The notes below the pieces were generated by a model. It searched no databases and was not told where the DNA came from. It was given only the letters and a program-made list of their open reading frames with translations. From Chloroflexota bacterium (GTDB lineage Bacteria; Chloroflexota; Dehalococcoidia; UBA2979), in NCBI GenBank assembly GCA_027593235.1, contig JAQCIU010000044.1, positions 1 to 24,450 of the forward strand: 24,450 nt of DNA, read 5' to 3'. Positions 7,532 through 17,577 of this stretch are shown piece after piece. The position numbers were made by a program, and so were the translations under genes. The first letter of the stretch is position 1. Each line of letters begins with the position of its first letter.

Positions 7532-9970
7532 ATGCCCGAACCAAGCGCCGCGCTCGCCGCACTGCGCGTCATCGATTGCTCGGAAGGCGTCGCCGGACCA
7601 TTCGCCGCGCGGCTCCTCGGTGACCTCGGCGCGGACGTCGTCAAGGTCGAAACTCCGCGCGGCGATCGGGCTCGTCGCCTCTACCCGGAGCAAGATCCCG
7701 CCCGGCTTGGCTCACTCTTCGATTACCTCAACTGGAACAAGCGCGGCGTCACCATTGATCTCGCGGGCGCGCCCGGCCGCGACGCGCTCTCGACCCTCCT
7801 CGCCTCGGCGGATGTGCTGATCGACAGCGACCCCCCGGCCAACGAGGGTGTACTGAGCGCAGTGCACATCGCGGAGCAGTATCCCGCGCTCGTCCACGTC
7901 TCCGTAACCCCCTTTGGGCAGGACGGCCCGCGTGCCGGCTGGCGCACCGCCCCGATCGTCGATTGGGCGATGAGCGGCTACATGTACTTCGCCGGCGATC
8001 CGGCGCGCCCACCGCTGATGCTTCCCGGCTACCAGGCCGAGTTCCACGCCGGGCAGGCTGCCGCGATCGCTGCGCTTGCCGCCCTGCACGAACGCGACCA
8101 ATCGCGCCGCGGACAGCACGCCGATATCTCCGTTCAGGAAGCGGCGCTCACCACCCACGCCTGGAACGCCGTCGCCTGGACACATGCCGGGCAGGTCCTG
8201 CGCCGGCTCGGCTCTGACCTCTTCCGTTGCAGCGACGGCTGGGTGCACTGGATGCGCCGCGCCAACGAGCCGAACGTCCTCGTCCTCATCGACCGACCCG
8301 ATCTGCTCGACGACCCGCACTACCTCGAACTCGAGACCTGGCGCGATCCCGACTCCGATCTGTGGCACATGGTCCGTGCCTGGTGCGCCGAGCAGCCGAT
8401 GCTCGAGGTCTATCGGCGCGCCCAGGAACTCCGGATCGCCGTCGCGCCGGTGAATACCGTTGCCGATCTGCTCGCCTCGGAGCAGCTCGCCGTCCGCCAT
8501 GGCTTCGTCGCCCCGCACCCCGACGCGCCAACGCTCCGCTACCCCGCGCCACCACTTGGGCTCACCACTAGCCCGGCTACCGTCCGCCGCCCGGCGCCCC
8601 ACCTCGGCGAACACGACGGCACGATCGAGGCCCGCCCCGCACCTGCACCCGCACCCGCACCCGCACCCGCACCCGCACCCGCGGCCGCTTCGGCAGCGCG
8701 CCGCGCTGTCCCCGGCTCGGGCGCCCTCGCCGGTCTGCGCGTCATCGAGGTCACCGCCAACTGGGCCGGGCCGCTCGTCGGCCGCCACATGGCCGATCTG
8801 GGTGCCGAGGTGATCAAGGTCGAACACGCCCAGCGGCCCGCCACCCGGGCTCTCTGGTACCCCGGCAACGAACCCGGCAAGCGCCCGTACAACCGCGCCG
8901 GGTACTTCAACAACCTCAACCGCGGCAAGCTCGATGTCTCGCTCGATCTCGCTGCCCCGGAGGGCCGCGACCTCTTCCTTCGCCTGGTCGAACTCGCCGA
9001 CGTCGTCGTCGAGAACAACAGTGCCCGTGTCATGCCCAACCTCGGTCTCGGCTGGGACACGCTCTCCGCCCGCAACCCGCGGCTCGTCATGGCCTCGATC
9101 TCCGGCTTCGGCGCCTCCGGCCCCGAACGCGACTACGTCGCCTACGGCGCGAACATCGAGGCTGCTAGTGGCCTCGCAGCGGTCACCGGCTATCACGACG
9201 ACGACACGCCCTATCGCGCCAACACCTTCTACGCCGATCCGATCAGCGGGAACTACGCGACGATCGCTGTGCTCGCCGCCCTCCGCGCGCGGGACGCGAG
9301 CGGCCACGGCCAGTGGCTCGATCTCTCGCTCAACGAATGCGCCGCCAGCTTCTTTGGCGACGCCTTCATCGAGCACCAGCGCACCGGCGCGCTCCCTCCG
9401 CGACGTGGCAACCGCCACCCCGTCTACGCCCCACAGGGCGCCTACCAGACCGTCGGCGACGACGACTGGCTCGTCCTCACGGTGCGCGATGACGAGGAGT
9501 GGCACGCCCTCTGCACCGCCCTCGATCGCCCAGACTGGCTCGCGGATGCCACGCTTGCCACGCTCGAGGGTCGGCGCGCTCGCCACGACGAACTCGACGC
9601 GGCGATCAGCGGGTGGGCGGCCAACCTCGATCATCGCGAAGCCGCGGCCCTGCTCCAGGAGGCGGGCGTTCCCGCCGCTCCGGTGCTCGCGAACTACGAG
9701 TTGGTGACCGACGCGCACCTCCACCGCCGCGCCTTCTACATCCCGATCGAGCACCCCGAAGCCGGTGTGCTCCCCTTCGCCGGCATGCCCTGGAAGCTCA
9801 GCCGCACGCCCGGCCACGTCGCTCGTGCGGCCCCTCGCTTCGCCGAACACAACGCCTACGTCCTCGGCGATCTACTCGGCCTCGACGCCGATGCGATAGC
9901 CGCCCTCGAGGCCTCCGGCGTCGCCGATCGAAACCCGATCGTCGGGCCGATCATCCGCGTCGTTCCGTAA
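7532..9970 (+). CDS. Family III (CaiB/BaiF) CoA-transferase with two fused domains
   Basis: Two copies of the family signature: ALRVID..AGPFAARLLGDLGADVVKVE..LNWNKR and GLRVIE..AGP..ADLGAEVIKVE..LNRGK, each ending AP.(L/F)(G/A)EH. GGAG RBS before ATG 7532; the ORF-track start at 7340 looks overextended. Confidence 0.93.
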   Translation: MPEPSAALAALRVIDCSEGVAGPFAARLLGDLGADVVKVETPRGDRARRLYPEQDPARLGSLFDYLNWNKRGVTIDLAGAPGRDALSTLLASADVLIDSDPPANEGVLSAVHIAEQYPALVHVSVTPFGQDGPRAGWRTAPIVDWAMSGYMYFAGDPARPPLMLPGYQAEFHAGQAAAIAALAALHERDQSRRGQHADISVQEAALTTHAWNAVAWTHAGQVLRRLGSDLFRCSDGWVHWMRRANEPNVLVLIDRPDLLDDPHYLELETWRDPDSDLWHMVRAWCAEQPMLEVYRRAQELRIAVAPVNTVADLLASEQLAVRHGFVAPHPDAPTLRYPAPPLGLTTSPATVRRPAPHLGEHDGTIEARPAPAPAPAPAPAPAPAAASAARRAVPGSGALAGLRVIEVTANWAGPLVGRHMADLGAEVIKVEHAQRPATRALWYPGNEPGKRPYNRAGYFNNLNRGKLDVSLDLAAPEGRDLFLRLVELADVVVENNSARVMPNLGLGWDTLSARNPRLVMASISGFGASGPERDYVAYGANIEAASGLAAVTGYHDDDTPYRANTFYADPISGNYATIAVLAALRARDASGHGQWLDLSLNECAASFFGDAFIEHQRTGALPPRRGNRHPVYAPQGAYQTVGDDDWLVLTVRDDEEWHALCTALDRPDWLADATLATLEGRRARHDELDAAISGWAANLDHREAAALLQEAGVPAAPVLANYELVTDAHLHRRAFYIPIEHPEAGVLPFAGMPWKLSRTPGHVARAAPRFAEHNAYVLGDLLGLDADAIAALEASGVADRNPIVGPIIRVVP
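8636..8683 (+). repeat. Hexamer microsatellite (GCACCC)n encoding a Pro-Ala linker
   Basis: GCACCT followed by six perfect GCACCC units (8645-8680) between the two CoA-transferase domains. Confidence 0.95.
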
Positions 9971-10071
9971 ACCGGCTGTCACCTCCGGCCGGGCTCGCGA
10001 AACGCAGCGCCGGCCGTGCCGTGTGTAGTTGAGGTGCATCGAGAAAGGGCGCACAAGCACAACAGAAGTGA

Positions 10072-10100
10072 TTTACACCCGTGAATCAAGCACCTATATT
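10072..10100 (+). promoter_or_regulatory. Sigma70-type promoter of the ABC operon
   Basis: TTTACA-17 nt-TATATT in an AT-rich intergenic patch, ~70 nt upstream of the SBP start. Confidence 0.6.
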
Positions 10101-10173
10101 CTAGACCAAGGAACACATCGCATGCGATGTGCCAATGCTGGTGGCACGCGGCCACCCTGGAGGGAACCCGCTC

Positions 10174-11901
10174 ATGGACGGAAACTACTGGACTAGGCAA
10201 CGGCTCTCGCGGCGCTCGATGCTCCGCGGTGCTGCCGTCGGGACCGCCGGTGTCGCCGGCGCCGTGCTCATCGGTTGTGGCGACGGCGATGGCGATGGCG
10301 ACGCGACCGCAGCGGCGACCTCTGCTGGCGGTGGCAACGCGACTGCTGCGGCCTCCGGGACCGCGGCCGTTGCCGAGGGCGGACCGACGCGTGGTGGCAA
10401 GCTCACCCTGCACATGGGTACCGAGCCCCGCAGCCTCGACCCCCACTTCGAGACCTTCACCCCGGCGCCCGCCAACGCCACCTCGAACAACCTCGTCCGC
10501 TTCACGTCGGACCTCACCTCGATCGTCCCGGACGCTGCGGAACTACCGGAGCAGCCGGACGAGCTGACCTACATCTTCAAGCTCCAGCCCGGCATCCACA
10601 TGCACGATGTCGCGCCGCTCAATGGACGCCCGCTGACGTCCGAGGACGTGAAGTACACCTTCGAGCGCCAGTCCAACCAGGCCGGCGATGAGGCCGGTAC
10701 CTATCAGCACGCCTACTACTTCAAGGACAAGCTCACCAGCATCGAGACGCCGGACGATCAGACCGTCGTCTTCAAGACTGCTGCGCCCTATGCCGCCTTC
10801 ATGAACTACATGGCCAGCCCGTGGAGTCCATTGATCGCCCGCGAGTACGTTGAGGCCAACGGTGACCTCACCGAGTACATCGGTTCCAGCGGGCCATACA
10901 TCTTGAAGGAATGGCAAAAAGAAGTTCGGATGACGTTCGAACGGAACCCGAACTACTGGAAGAACGCCGATCTGCCGTGGCTCGACGAGCTCGAGTTCCT
11001 GATCTCACCGGACCCCGACACCGCCGCGACGCAGTACATCGATGGTGCGTTCGGGGCGTACGTCGCCGGGCAGAGCCAGCTCAGCCGGGTCCAGGGCGCG
11101 AAGGGCGACGCCGCGCGGTACAACGCTGTTCCCAGTCAGTTCTGGCGTCAGTTCCGGATGTCCCCGACGGACGCGGAGTTCAGCTACCTCGACTACGCCG
11201 GAACCGAGAACGAGACCGGTGCCATCTTCGATGACATCCGTGTCCGCCAGGCGATCTGTCAGGCGATCGACAAGCAGCAGGTCCTGGACCTCGTCTACTC
11301 CGGCGACGGTCAGGTCGCCTACGGCCCGATCCTGCCGCAGTTCACCAACTGGGCGCTCAAGGAAGAGCTGGTCCCGTACGACCTCGCTGAGTCGCAGAAG
11401 CTCATGGCCGCCGCCGGCGTCAGTGAGATCCGCGGCCCGATGATGTGGGCGTCTTCCAGCCCGCAGTCCGACCAGATCGGCGAGATCCTCAAGGAGCAGC
11501 TCGCGAAGATCGGTGTCGTCACGGACCTGGAGCCGATGGAAACCGCTGCGTACTACAACGTTACGTACAAGTACCGTTACACCATGTCGCACCACGTTCC
11601 GCTGAACAGCCCGGAGCCGGATGAGAACCTCTCTTCCTACTTCGGTGAGAAGTCGACGTACTTCAAGCACTTCAACCCGGACATCTTCGCGCTCGTCAAG
11701 AAGCAGTCCGAGACCGTTGACTTAGAAGAGCGTCAGGCCATCGTGAAGGAAGCGCAGGAGAAGATCGTTCTCGATTACCCCATCCGCTTCATGTTCACGA
11801 CGAACACCCATCAGTTCATCAACAACGAACTGAAGGACTACGCGATCTCGCTGGACCGCTACGATAACTACGGTGTCGAGACGGCCTGGCTCGACGCCTA
11901 G
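10174..11901 (+). CDS. ABC transporter substrate-binding protein, family 5 (Tat lipoprotein)
   Basis: GGAGGG RBS, twin-arginine LSRRSMLRG, lipobox LIGC, Ala/Thr-rich linker, RGGKL..EPRSLDPH, PLTSEDVKYTFER, GPYILKEW..FERNPNYW, FDDIRVRQAI..AID. Confidence 0.95.
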   Translation: MDGNYWTRQRLSRRSMLRGAAVGTAGVAGAVLIGCGDGDGDGDATAAATSAGGGNATAAASGTAAVAEGGPTRGGKLTLHMGTEPRSLDPHFETFTPAPANATSNNLVRFTSDLTSIVPDAAELPEQPDELTYIFKLQPGIHMHDVAPLNGRPLTSEDVKYTFERQSNQAGDEAGTYQHAYYFKDKLTSIETPDDQTVVFKTAAPYAAFMNYMASPWSPLIAREYVEANGDLTEYIGSSGPYILKEWQKEVRMTFERNPNYWKNADLPWLDELEFLISPDPDTAATQYIDGAFGAYVAGQSQLSRVQGAKGDAARYNAVPSQFWRQFRMSPTDAEFSYLDYAGTENETGAIFDDIRVRQAICQAIDKQQVLDLVYSGDGQVAYGPILPQFTNWALKEELVPYDLAESQKLMAAAGVSEIRGPMMWASSSPQSDQIGEILKEQLAKIGVVTDLEPMETAAYYNVTYKYRYTMSHHVPLNSPEPDENLSSYFGEKSTYFKHFNPDIFALVKKQSETVDLEERQAIVKEAQEKIVLDYPIRFMFTTNTHQFINNELKDYAISLDRYDNYGVETAWLDA

Positions 11902-11923
11902 CGCCTGACCCGTCAACCGGGAT

Positions 11924-11951
11924 CGCGACTGGGGGATATCCCCCAGTCGCG
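11924..11951. repeat. Perfect 28-bp palindrome between the SBP and permease genes
   Basis: CGCGACTGGGGGAT|ATCCCCCAGTCGCG; no U-tract follows. Confidence 0.85.
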
Positions 11952-11988
11952 GTTCTCGGTGGGACGGGCGATTGTTCAGGGGGAACCG

Positions 11989-12939
11989 GTGCAGCGTTAC
12001 TTTGCGCGGCGCGTGATGCTCGCGATTCCGACCATCTTTTTCGTGATGTTTGCAACCTTCGCCATGGTCCGCTTCGTACCCGGCGATGTCGTCGAGCTGA
12101 TCCTCGCCGAAAACCCGTACGCCACGGAGGAAGATGCGAACGCGCTGCGCAAGCAGCTTGGCCTCGATCAGCCGATCCCCATCCAGTTTGCGCGCTACGT
12201 CGGTGATCTCGCGCAAGGCGACATGGGCGAGTCGCCGTGGACCGGTCGTGCGATCACGACCGAACTCAAAGGCCGCCTCCCAATCACCCTCGAATTCGGC
12301 CTCTTCGCCGTAATCCTGGGACTCTTCGTCGCGTTGCCCGTGGGCATCATCTCCGCCATCAGGCAAGACACCCTCATCGACTACGTCGCGCGGAGCTTCG
12401 CGATCCTCTCGCTCTCCGTCCCCTACTTCTTCACCGCCACCCTGCTCGTCATCTTTCCCGTCATCTGGTGGGGCTGGTCACCGCCGCTCACCTATGCCGG
12501 CTGGTCCGAGGGCATCTGGGACCACGTCTACTACATGTTCTTCCCGGCGCTGCTGTTGGGTGTGAACCTCTCCGGTAGCGTGATGCGCATGACGCGCACC
12601 ATGGTCCTTGAGGTGATGCGCCAGGACTACATCCGCACCGCCTACGCCAAAGGCCTCCGCGAGCGCACCGTGCTCACCCGCCACGCCATGAAGAACGCGC
12701 TGATCCCGGTGGTCACCATCATCGGTCTGCAGGTGGGCACCGCGCTGAGCGGCACGCTGATCATCGAAACCATCTTCAACATGCCCGGTGTCGGTCGGTA
12801 CTTCATCGGCGCGATCCTGGCGCGGGACTATCCGTCGGTGCAGGGCGTCGTACTCGTCCTCGCCACCGTCGTTGTCTTCGTCAATCTCGCAGTCGATCTC
12901 GTGTACGCGGCGATCGACCCGCGCATCTCTTACGCCTAG
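11989..12939 (+). CDS. Peptide/nickel ABC transporter permease (DppB/OppB-like)
   Basis: RFVPGD, LGLDQP, RLPITLE, EAA loop QDYIRTAYAKGL, HAMKNALIP, RDYPSVQG, DLVYAAIDPRI; GTG start after AGGGGG. Confidence 0.95.
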   Translation: MQRYFARRVMLAIPTIFFVMFATFAMVRFVPGDVVELILAENPYATEEDANALRKQLGLDQPIPIQFARYVGDLAQGDMGESPWTGRAITTELKGRLPITLEFGLFAVILGLFVALPVGIISAIRQDTLIDYVARSFAILSLSVPYFFTATLLVIFPVIWWGWSPPLTYAGWSEGIWDHVYYMFFPALLLGVNLSGSVMRMTRTMVLEVMRQDYIRTAYAKGLRERTVLTRHAMKNALIPVVTIIGLQVGTALSGTLIIETIFNMPGVGRYFIGAILARDYPSVQGVVLVLATVVVFVNLAVDLVYAAIDPRISYA

Positions 12940-12960
12940 CAACGACTCGAGGATTTATCG

Positions 12961-13902
12961 ATGGCCGCTCAGACCAGCGCGATCGACTTCGCCGCACCAA
13001 TCAAAGCCACGAAGAGCCGCGGCATCTGGGCGGACGCCTTCGTCCGCATCGTGCGCGAGAAGCCAATGGGCCTCTTCGGTGGGTTGCTCGTCGTGATGTT
13101 TATCGTCATGGCCGCCGGCGCCCCGCTGATCGCCCCCTTCGGTCCCAACGAACTGGGTGCGGGTGAGCGACTGATCGGGCCCAGTTCCAACATCTTTGGC
13201 ACCGATAACCTCGGCCGTGACATCTTCAGTCGCGTTGTCTACGGAGCGCGCGTCTCGATCACCATCAGCCTGGTCGCCGTCGGTGCCGCAACGTTCATCT
13301 CGCTCGGCCTCGGCATTGTCAGCGGCTTCTTCGGCGGCTGGGTCGACACCATCATCCAGCGCTTCGTCGACGGCTTCATCGCCTTCCCGGGCCTCGTGCT
13401 GCTCCTCGCCGTCGTCGCCGTGTTCCGTGGCGCGGAGGCTCCCTTCCTGCCGCGGGATGGCCTCTTCCGCACCGAGATCGTGTTGCTGATGATTACCATC
13501 GGCATGCTCCTCGGCGTTGGAAACTCCCGCGTGATCCGCGGCAGTACGCTGGTCGTCAGCAACGAGACCTACGTCGAGGCGGCCCGCGCGATCGGGGCAA
13601 GCAACACCCGCATCATGTTCAGTTACATCCTGCCGAACGTGATGGCACCGATGATTACGCTGGCGACGCTCGGCCTCGGGACCGCGATCCTGATCGAGGC
13701 GTCCCTGTCGTTCCTGGGGCTCGGTGTTCCACCGGATGTGGCCACCTGGGGCGGCATGCTGAACCGCGAGGCGCGCGCCTTCATGACCGAATCGCCTTGG
13801 ATCGCCGTGTTCCCCGGGCTCGCGCTGAGCCTCGCCGTGTTCGGCTTCAACATGCTCGGCGACGCGCTGCGCGACGTGCTCGATCCGCGCCTGCGGACCT
13901 AG
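12961..13902 (+). CDS. Peptide/nickel ABC transporter permease (DppC/OppC-like)
   Basis: FGTDNLGRDIFSRVVYGARVS, YVEAARAIGAS, ILPNV, EASLSFLGLG, FNMLGDALRDVLDPR; GAGG RBS. Confidence 0.95.
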   Translation: MAAQTSAIDFAAPIKATKSRGIWADAFVRIVREKPMGLFGGLLVVMFIVMAAGAPLIAPFGPNELGAGERLIGPSSNIFGTDNLGRDIFSRVVYGARVSITISLVAVGAATFISLGLGIVSGFFGGWVDTIIQRFVDGFIAFPGLVLLLAVVAVFRGAEAPFLPRDGLFRTEIVLLMITIGMLLGVGNSRVIRGSTLVVSNETYVEAARAIGASNTRIMFSYILPNVMAPMITLATLGLGTAILIEASLSFLGLGVPPDVATWGGMLNREARAFMTESPWIAVFPGLALSLAVFGFNMLGDALRDVLDPRLRT

Positions 13903-13999
13903 CCACCTCGAGGTCGGGCGCGCCGCGAAGGCGGACCTGACCCGCCGCACCTCCGGGGCTCGACGGCGAGCGCGTTGGCGCCTATCCACTGCTGGACAG

Positions 14000-14033
14000 C
14001 AAACAGCCCGCCGGGAAACCGGCGGGCTGTTTG
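14000..14033. terminator. Bidirectional intrinsic terminator between convergent genes
   Basis: CAAACAGCCCGCCGG-GAAA-CCGGCGGGCTGTTTG perfect 15-bp stem. Confidence 0.8.
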
Positions 14034-14052
14034 GCGTTGACCGGTGTGGTCG

Positions 14053-15687
14053 TTACGCGGCGAGTCGGGTCGCCCCGGCGCTCGCCTTGACTGCACCGAC
14101 CCAGACGAGGAAGTCGCCCAGTTCGGTGGAGAGGGTCTCCAGTCCTTCGGACTGGTTCGAGATCTCGCTCATCTGAGCGGTGACCTGCTGCGCGCTCGCG
14201 GCAATCTGCTCGCTTGCGGCGGCGTTCTGCTCGGCAACGGCGCTCACCGCTGCCAGGCTCTCGGTGACCTGCTCCGCCTGTTCACGCATCTCCACCGCAA
14301 GCTGGGTGTTCTGCTGCGCGAGCTGACCGACGTTCTCGATGATCCCGCTCATCTCATCCGCCGAACGGTCGGCGGAGTCGGCGGTGCGGGCGATCGTCTC
14401 GACGCTGGTGGTCAGGGCTTCCGCGGCACCAACGATGCGCTCGAGCGCTTCGCCGGCCTCACGGGCCTTCTCCATGCCGGTGCCGGCGTCGTCCTGCGCG
14501 GAGCGGATCGACTCCACGCTGCCGTCCATGCCCGCCTGGACCTTTTCGATCAGGGAGGCGATGTCCTTCGCGGCGTTGCTGGCACGCTCGGCCAGCGTAC
14601 GGACCTCGTCAGCCACGACCGCGAATCCACGGCCGTGCTCACCAGCGCGGGCCGCCTCGATCGCGGCGTTCAGCGCCAGCAGGTTGGTCTGGTCCGCGAT
14701 GTCGGAAATGGTCTGGGTGATGTTGCCGATCTCCTTGCCGGAGGCGGACAGCTCTTCGATCCGCTCGGACGTCGAGGTCATCGCCTCGTTGATCGTCTCC
14801 ATCGCGGCGATCGTCTCGGTGACGGAGCGGCTGCCGTCGCGCGCCGCCTGCATGCCCTCGGCGCTGCGAGCGCTGGCCTCCTGCGAGTTCGACGTCACCG
14901 ATGCCAGTGACTCCTTCACGCTGGCTGCCGACGCGCTGGCGCGCTGCACGCCATCCGCCTGCTCGCCCGCGCCGCTCGCCACGTTCTCGACCGACTGGGC
15001 GAGTTCCGCGACGCGGTCGTTCGAGTCATGGAGCTTCTGCGTCTGCTCGGTCGCGCCGGTCGCGATCTGCTGCACGCCCTGGGCGATCTCGCGGCTGGCC
15101 TCATCGACCTGACCGGAGCTGGTGCTGAGCCCGGCGGCGGCCGGAGCCAGCTTCCCATCCAGGTCCACCATGCGGTCGAACAGACCGGCGAGGTAGGCCT
15201 CCACGGCCAGCGTGGCGTCCAGCATGAACGCCTTCTCGAAGGAGAGGATCGTGTCCAGCAGCACCTGGCCATTCAGGTGCTTGGCAAGACGCGGGTAGAC
15301 GAGGCGGGAGTAGAGCGCGTAGTTGCCGACGTTCCAGCGCGGCTTGACGTCCAGCTCCGCGTGGCGGTAACCGACCTTCAGGACCGCGTCGAAGTGGGCG
15401 GCGTCCCAGCGCGCGGTCAGGAGCTGACGGAAGTAGCCGGCCTGCGCGCCTTCCAGCGCGCTCCGGGTGCTGCTCGCCAGCGAAATCTTCTCGCCGAGGA
15501 TCGGGTACTCGAACGAGAAGTCGTAGAACTCGCGGACGATCGCTTCAGTCTCGGGCTCAAGGAACTTCGCGGCGTTCTGAACCCGCTGGCGGTCGGAATC
15601 GTCGATCGCGAGCCAGCGGAGCCGCAGGGCCAGGTCCTGCGAATCGATGCCGAGCTTCTGGGTGAAACTAACTGACTGACTGACCAT
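14053..15687 (-). CDS. Globin-coupled sensor / soluble methyl-accepting chemotaxis protein (HemAT-like)
   Basis: N-terminal sensor globin (IVREFY; [19 protein letters not shown] with the presumed proximal His), MCP hairpin tip [39 protein letters not shown], no TM segment; GGAGGA RBS before ATG 15687. Confidence 0.93.
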   Translation of the reverse strand: MVSQSVSFTQKLGIDSQDLALRLRWLAIDDSDRQRVQNAAKFLEPETEAIVREFYDFSFEYPILGEKISLASSTRSALEGAQAGYFRQLLTARWDAAHFDAVLKVGYRHAELDVKPRWNVGNYALYSRLVYPRLAKHLNGQVLLDTILSFEKAFMLDATLAVEAYLAGLFDRMVDLDGKLAPAAAGLSTSSGQVDEASREIAQGVQQIATGATEQTQKLHDSNDRVAELAQSVENVASGAGEQADGVQRASASAASVKESLASVTSNSQEASARSAEGMQAARDGSRSVTETIAAMETINEAMTSTSERIEELSASGKEIGNITQTISDIADQTNLLALNAAIEAARAGEHGRGFAVVADEVRTLAERASNAAKDIASLIEKVQAGMDGSVESIRSAQDDAGTGMEKAREAGEALERIVGAAEALTTSVETIARTADSADRSADEMSGIIENVGQLAQQNTQLAVEMREQAEQVTESLAAVSAVAEQNAAASEQIAASAQQVTAQMSEISNQSEGLETLSTELGDFLVWVGAVKASAGATRLAA

Positions 15688-15777
15688 CGTTGAGTCCTCC
15701 GGACCGTGCTGAATGTCGGTGCGTGCCGTCAATGCTGACCTGGTACGTGGCGGCTGCTGGGACGCGCCGCCGAGCAC

Positions 15778-16488
15778 CTACTGCGGAGGACCACGACGGC
15801 TCTTCACCGTCGTCTCGCCCCTTCGTCGCTCGCCTCCCCGGACCCGAGCGCGGATCACATCCGCCGAGTCCGCCAACCCCAGAAAAAACGCGTCGGCGAG
15901 TGAGTCACTCCACTGACGCTCATCCACTTCGGAACGGCCGATCCCGGCCGAGAACCGCACGTGCGCGACCACCTCGCTGATCTCCCGACGAACCGGAAGA
16001 AAGGATCGGATCGTCGCGGCCGGGCGTTGCCCAGCCAGGCGCGCCGCGGTGCCGGCCGCTCGGCCGTAGCTGCGGAGGCGCAGGCGGCATTCGCTGTCGG
16101 ACAGCCCGCCGCGCAGGGAAAACTCGATCGTCGCCAGCGCCTCGTCGTCCAGGCAGCGCGGCTCAACAACCTTCGTTGGTGCCGGCGTCGTGCCCGAGGC
16201 ACCTGCAAGCTCGTACACGTCGCGCGCGTCGAGCCGGCGGTGACCGCCGACCGTGCGGTAGGAACGAATCGCCGCTCGATCACTTCAGCGGCGAAGCGTG
16301 TTCGCGTGGACGCCCAGCACTCGCGCTGCCTCGTGGAGGGTCAGCCAGGTGGGTTCACCAAAGCCGGACAGGCCGGTCGTCACGGTGGACGCCGTGGTTG
16401 TCATCAAGTTCCGCTCCACGCGCTGCGAGGCTGCTGAACGATTGCTCGACCTCACGCCGTCTACGCTAGTGATCGGTATCGCTGACAC
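15778..16488 (-). pseudogene. MerR/excisionase-like HTH protein with an in-frame TGA at 16285-16287
   Basis: WLTLHEAARVLGVHANTLRR*SDRAAIRSYRTVGGHRRLD reads in one frame into ORF 15778..16218; the family consensus TLRRW..G...RT.GGHRR puts Trp at the stop. Start uncertain. Confidence 0.82.
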
Positions 16489-16616
16489 GGCCTAGGTGAA
16501 TCCCTGACCGAGGTGAACCGTCAGCGCGAAATCAGCGGCGATCGACGGCGCCAGGAGCGCGGCTCGACCGTACCGGGGCGCCGTCATCAGATGGCTTCCA
16601 GCACCGCGGAGGCCAC

Positions 16617-17399
16617 GTGACCGAACCCGAGCCCTTCTTCCGTCGAGCGTCCGCCCCCGGCCGCTTCGACCCCACTGAGATCGCGCGCGGCCCATGGGGC
16701 CACGAGACGCTGCACGGCCATGTGATGGGCGGGCTGCTTGCGCACGTCATCGAGGGCGCCCACGGCGACGAGGCGTTCGTTCCCGCGCGGCTGACCGTCG
16801 ATATGTTTCGCCAGCCGCGCTTCGCTCCGGTCACCATCACCACCGCCGTGGCACGAGACGGCAACCGCGTGCGGGTGATCGACGCGTCACTCCACGCCGG
16901 CGACGTTGAGGTCGCGCGCGCATCCGCGCTGCTGCTCCGTCAGACCGAGGATCCAGAAGGCGCCGTCTGGGCACCCGAACCGTGGGACGTCCCCTCGGCG
17001 GACTCGCTGCCGGCACCCGAGGGCGATCAGCTGCCCGTCTGGGAGACCCGCTTTGTCTCCGGGACCCCGCGCACCGCCGAGCGACGCGGCGCGTGGATGC
17101 GTGAAGTGCGCGCGCTGGTCGAAGGTGAAGCGCTCAGCCCCTGGGTGCGAAGTGCGATGGCTGCCGACTTCACCAACCCGCTGGCGAACTCCGGCGATCA
17201 GGGGCTGGAGTTCGTGAACGCGGACTACACGCTCTACCTGCACCGCCTGCCCGTTGGTGAGTGGCTCGGCGTGCAGGCGACCTCGCACCACAGCGCCGGC
17301 GGCGTCGCCGTCGCCACATGCGCCATCTACGACGAGGGCGGTCCGATCGGCCGCAGCTCCGTGGGCGCGCTTGCCAACGGACGCCAACCGCGCGGGTAG
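16617..17399 (+). CDS. TesB-like double-hotdog acyl-CoA thioesterase family protein
   Basis: ARGPW...LHG..GGLL, ARLTVDMFR, RDGNRVRVIDA, FVNADYTLYLHRLPVGEWLG; GGAGG RBS before GTG. Confidence 0.85.
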   Translation: MTEPEPFFRRASAPGRFDPTEIARGPWGHETLHGHVMGGLLAHVIEGAHGDEAFVPARLTVDMFRQPRFAPVTITTAVARDGNRVRVIDASLHAGDVEVARASALLLRQTEDPEGAVWAPEPWDVPSADSLPAPEGDQLPVWETRFVSGTPRTAERRGAWMREVRALVEGEALSPWVRSAMAADFTNPLANSGDQGLEFVNADYTLYLHRLPVGEWLGVQATSHHSAGGVAVATCAIYDEGGPIGRSSVGALANGRQPRG

Positions 17400-17577
17400 C
17401 CGCGCTCGACGAAGACAGGCCAACGGTGGTGAAGGGCGGAGACCCGCCGGCGACCGAGGACGGCGCCTCGAGCGGTCACGTCGTCCCCGGTCAGTGGCGG
17501 CGCGGCGTGCGCCGATCGACGCGGGAGATCATCCCGTTTAGACATAACGAACCGGCGGACGATCTGGATCTTCCGGG

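Noticed and set aside
7712-9850. Long antisense and alternate-frame ORFs (e.g. 7712..9850-, 83..1102-, 12955..13989-, 23285..24364-)
   Set aside because: Shadow ORFs of well-supported genes in high-GC DNA, with no recognisable motifs.
16285-16287. Alternative genetic code (TGA=Trp/Gly) or selenocysteine
   Set aside because: TGG is used for Trp throughout and TGA ends several genes at their natural C-termini (e.g. 19821, 22021, 24433); the position is a conserved Trp, not Cys.
15778-16488. Prophage excisionase
   Set aside because: The HTH is Xis/MerR-like but is fused to a longer C-terminal domain, with no integrase or phage genes nearby.
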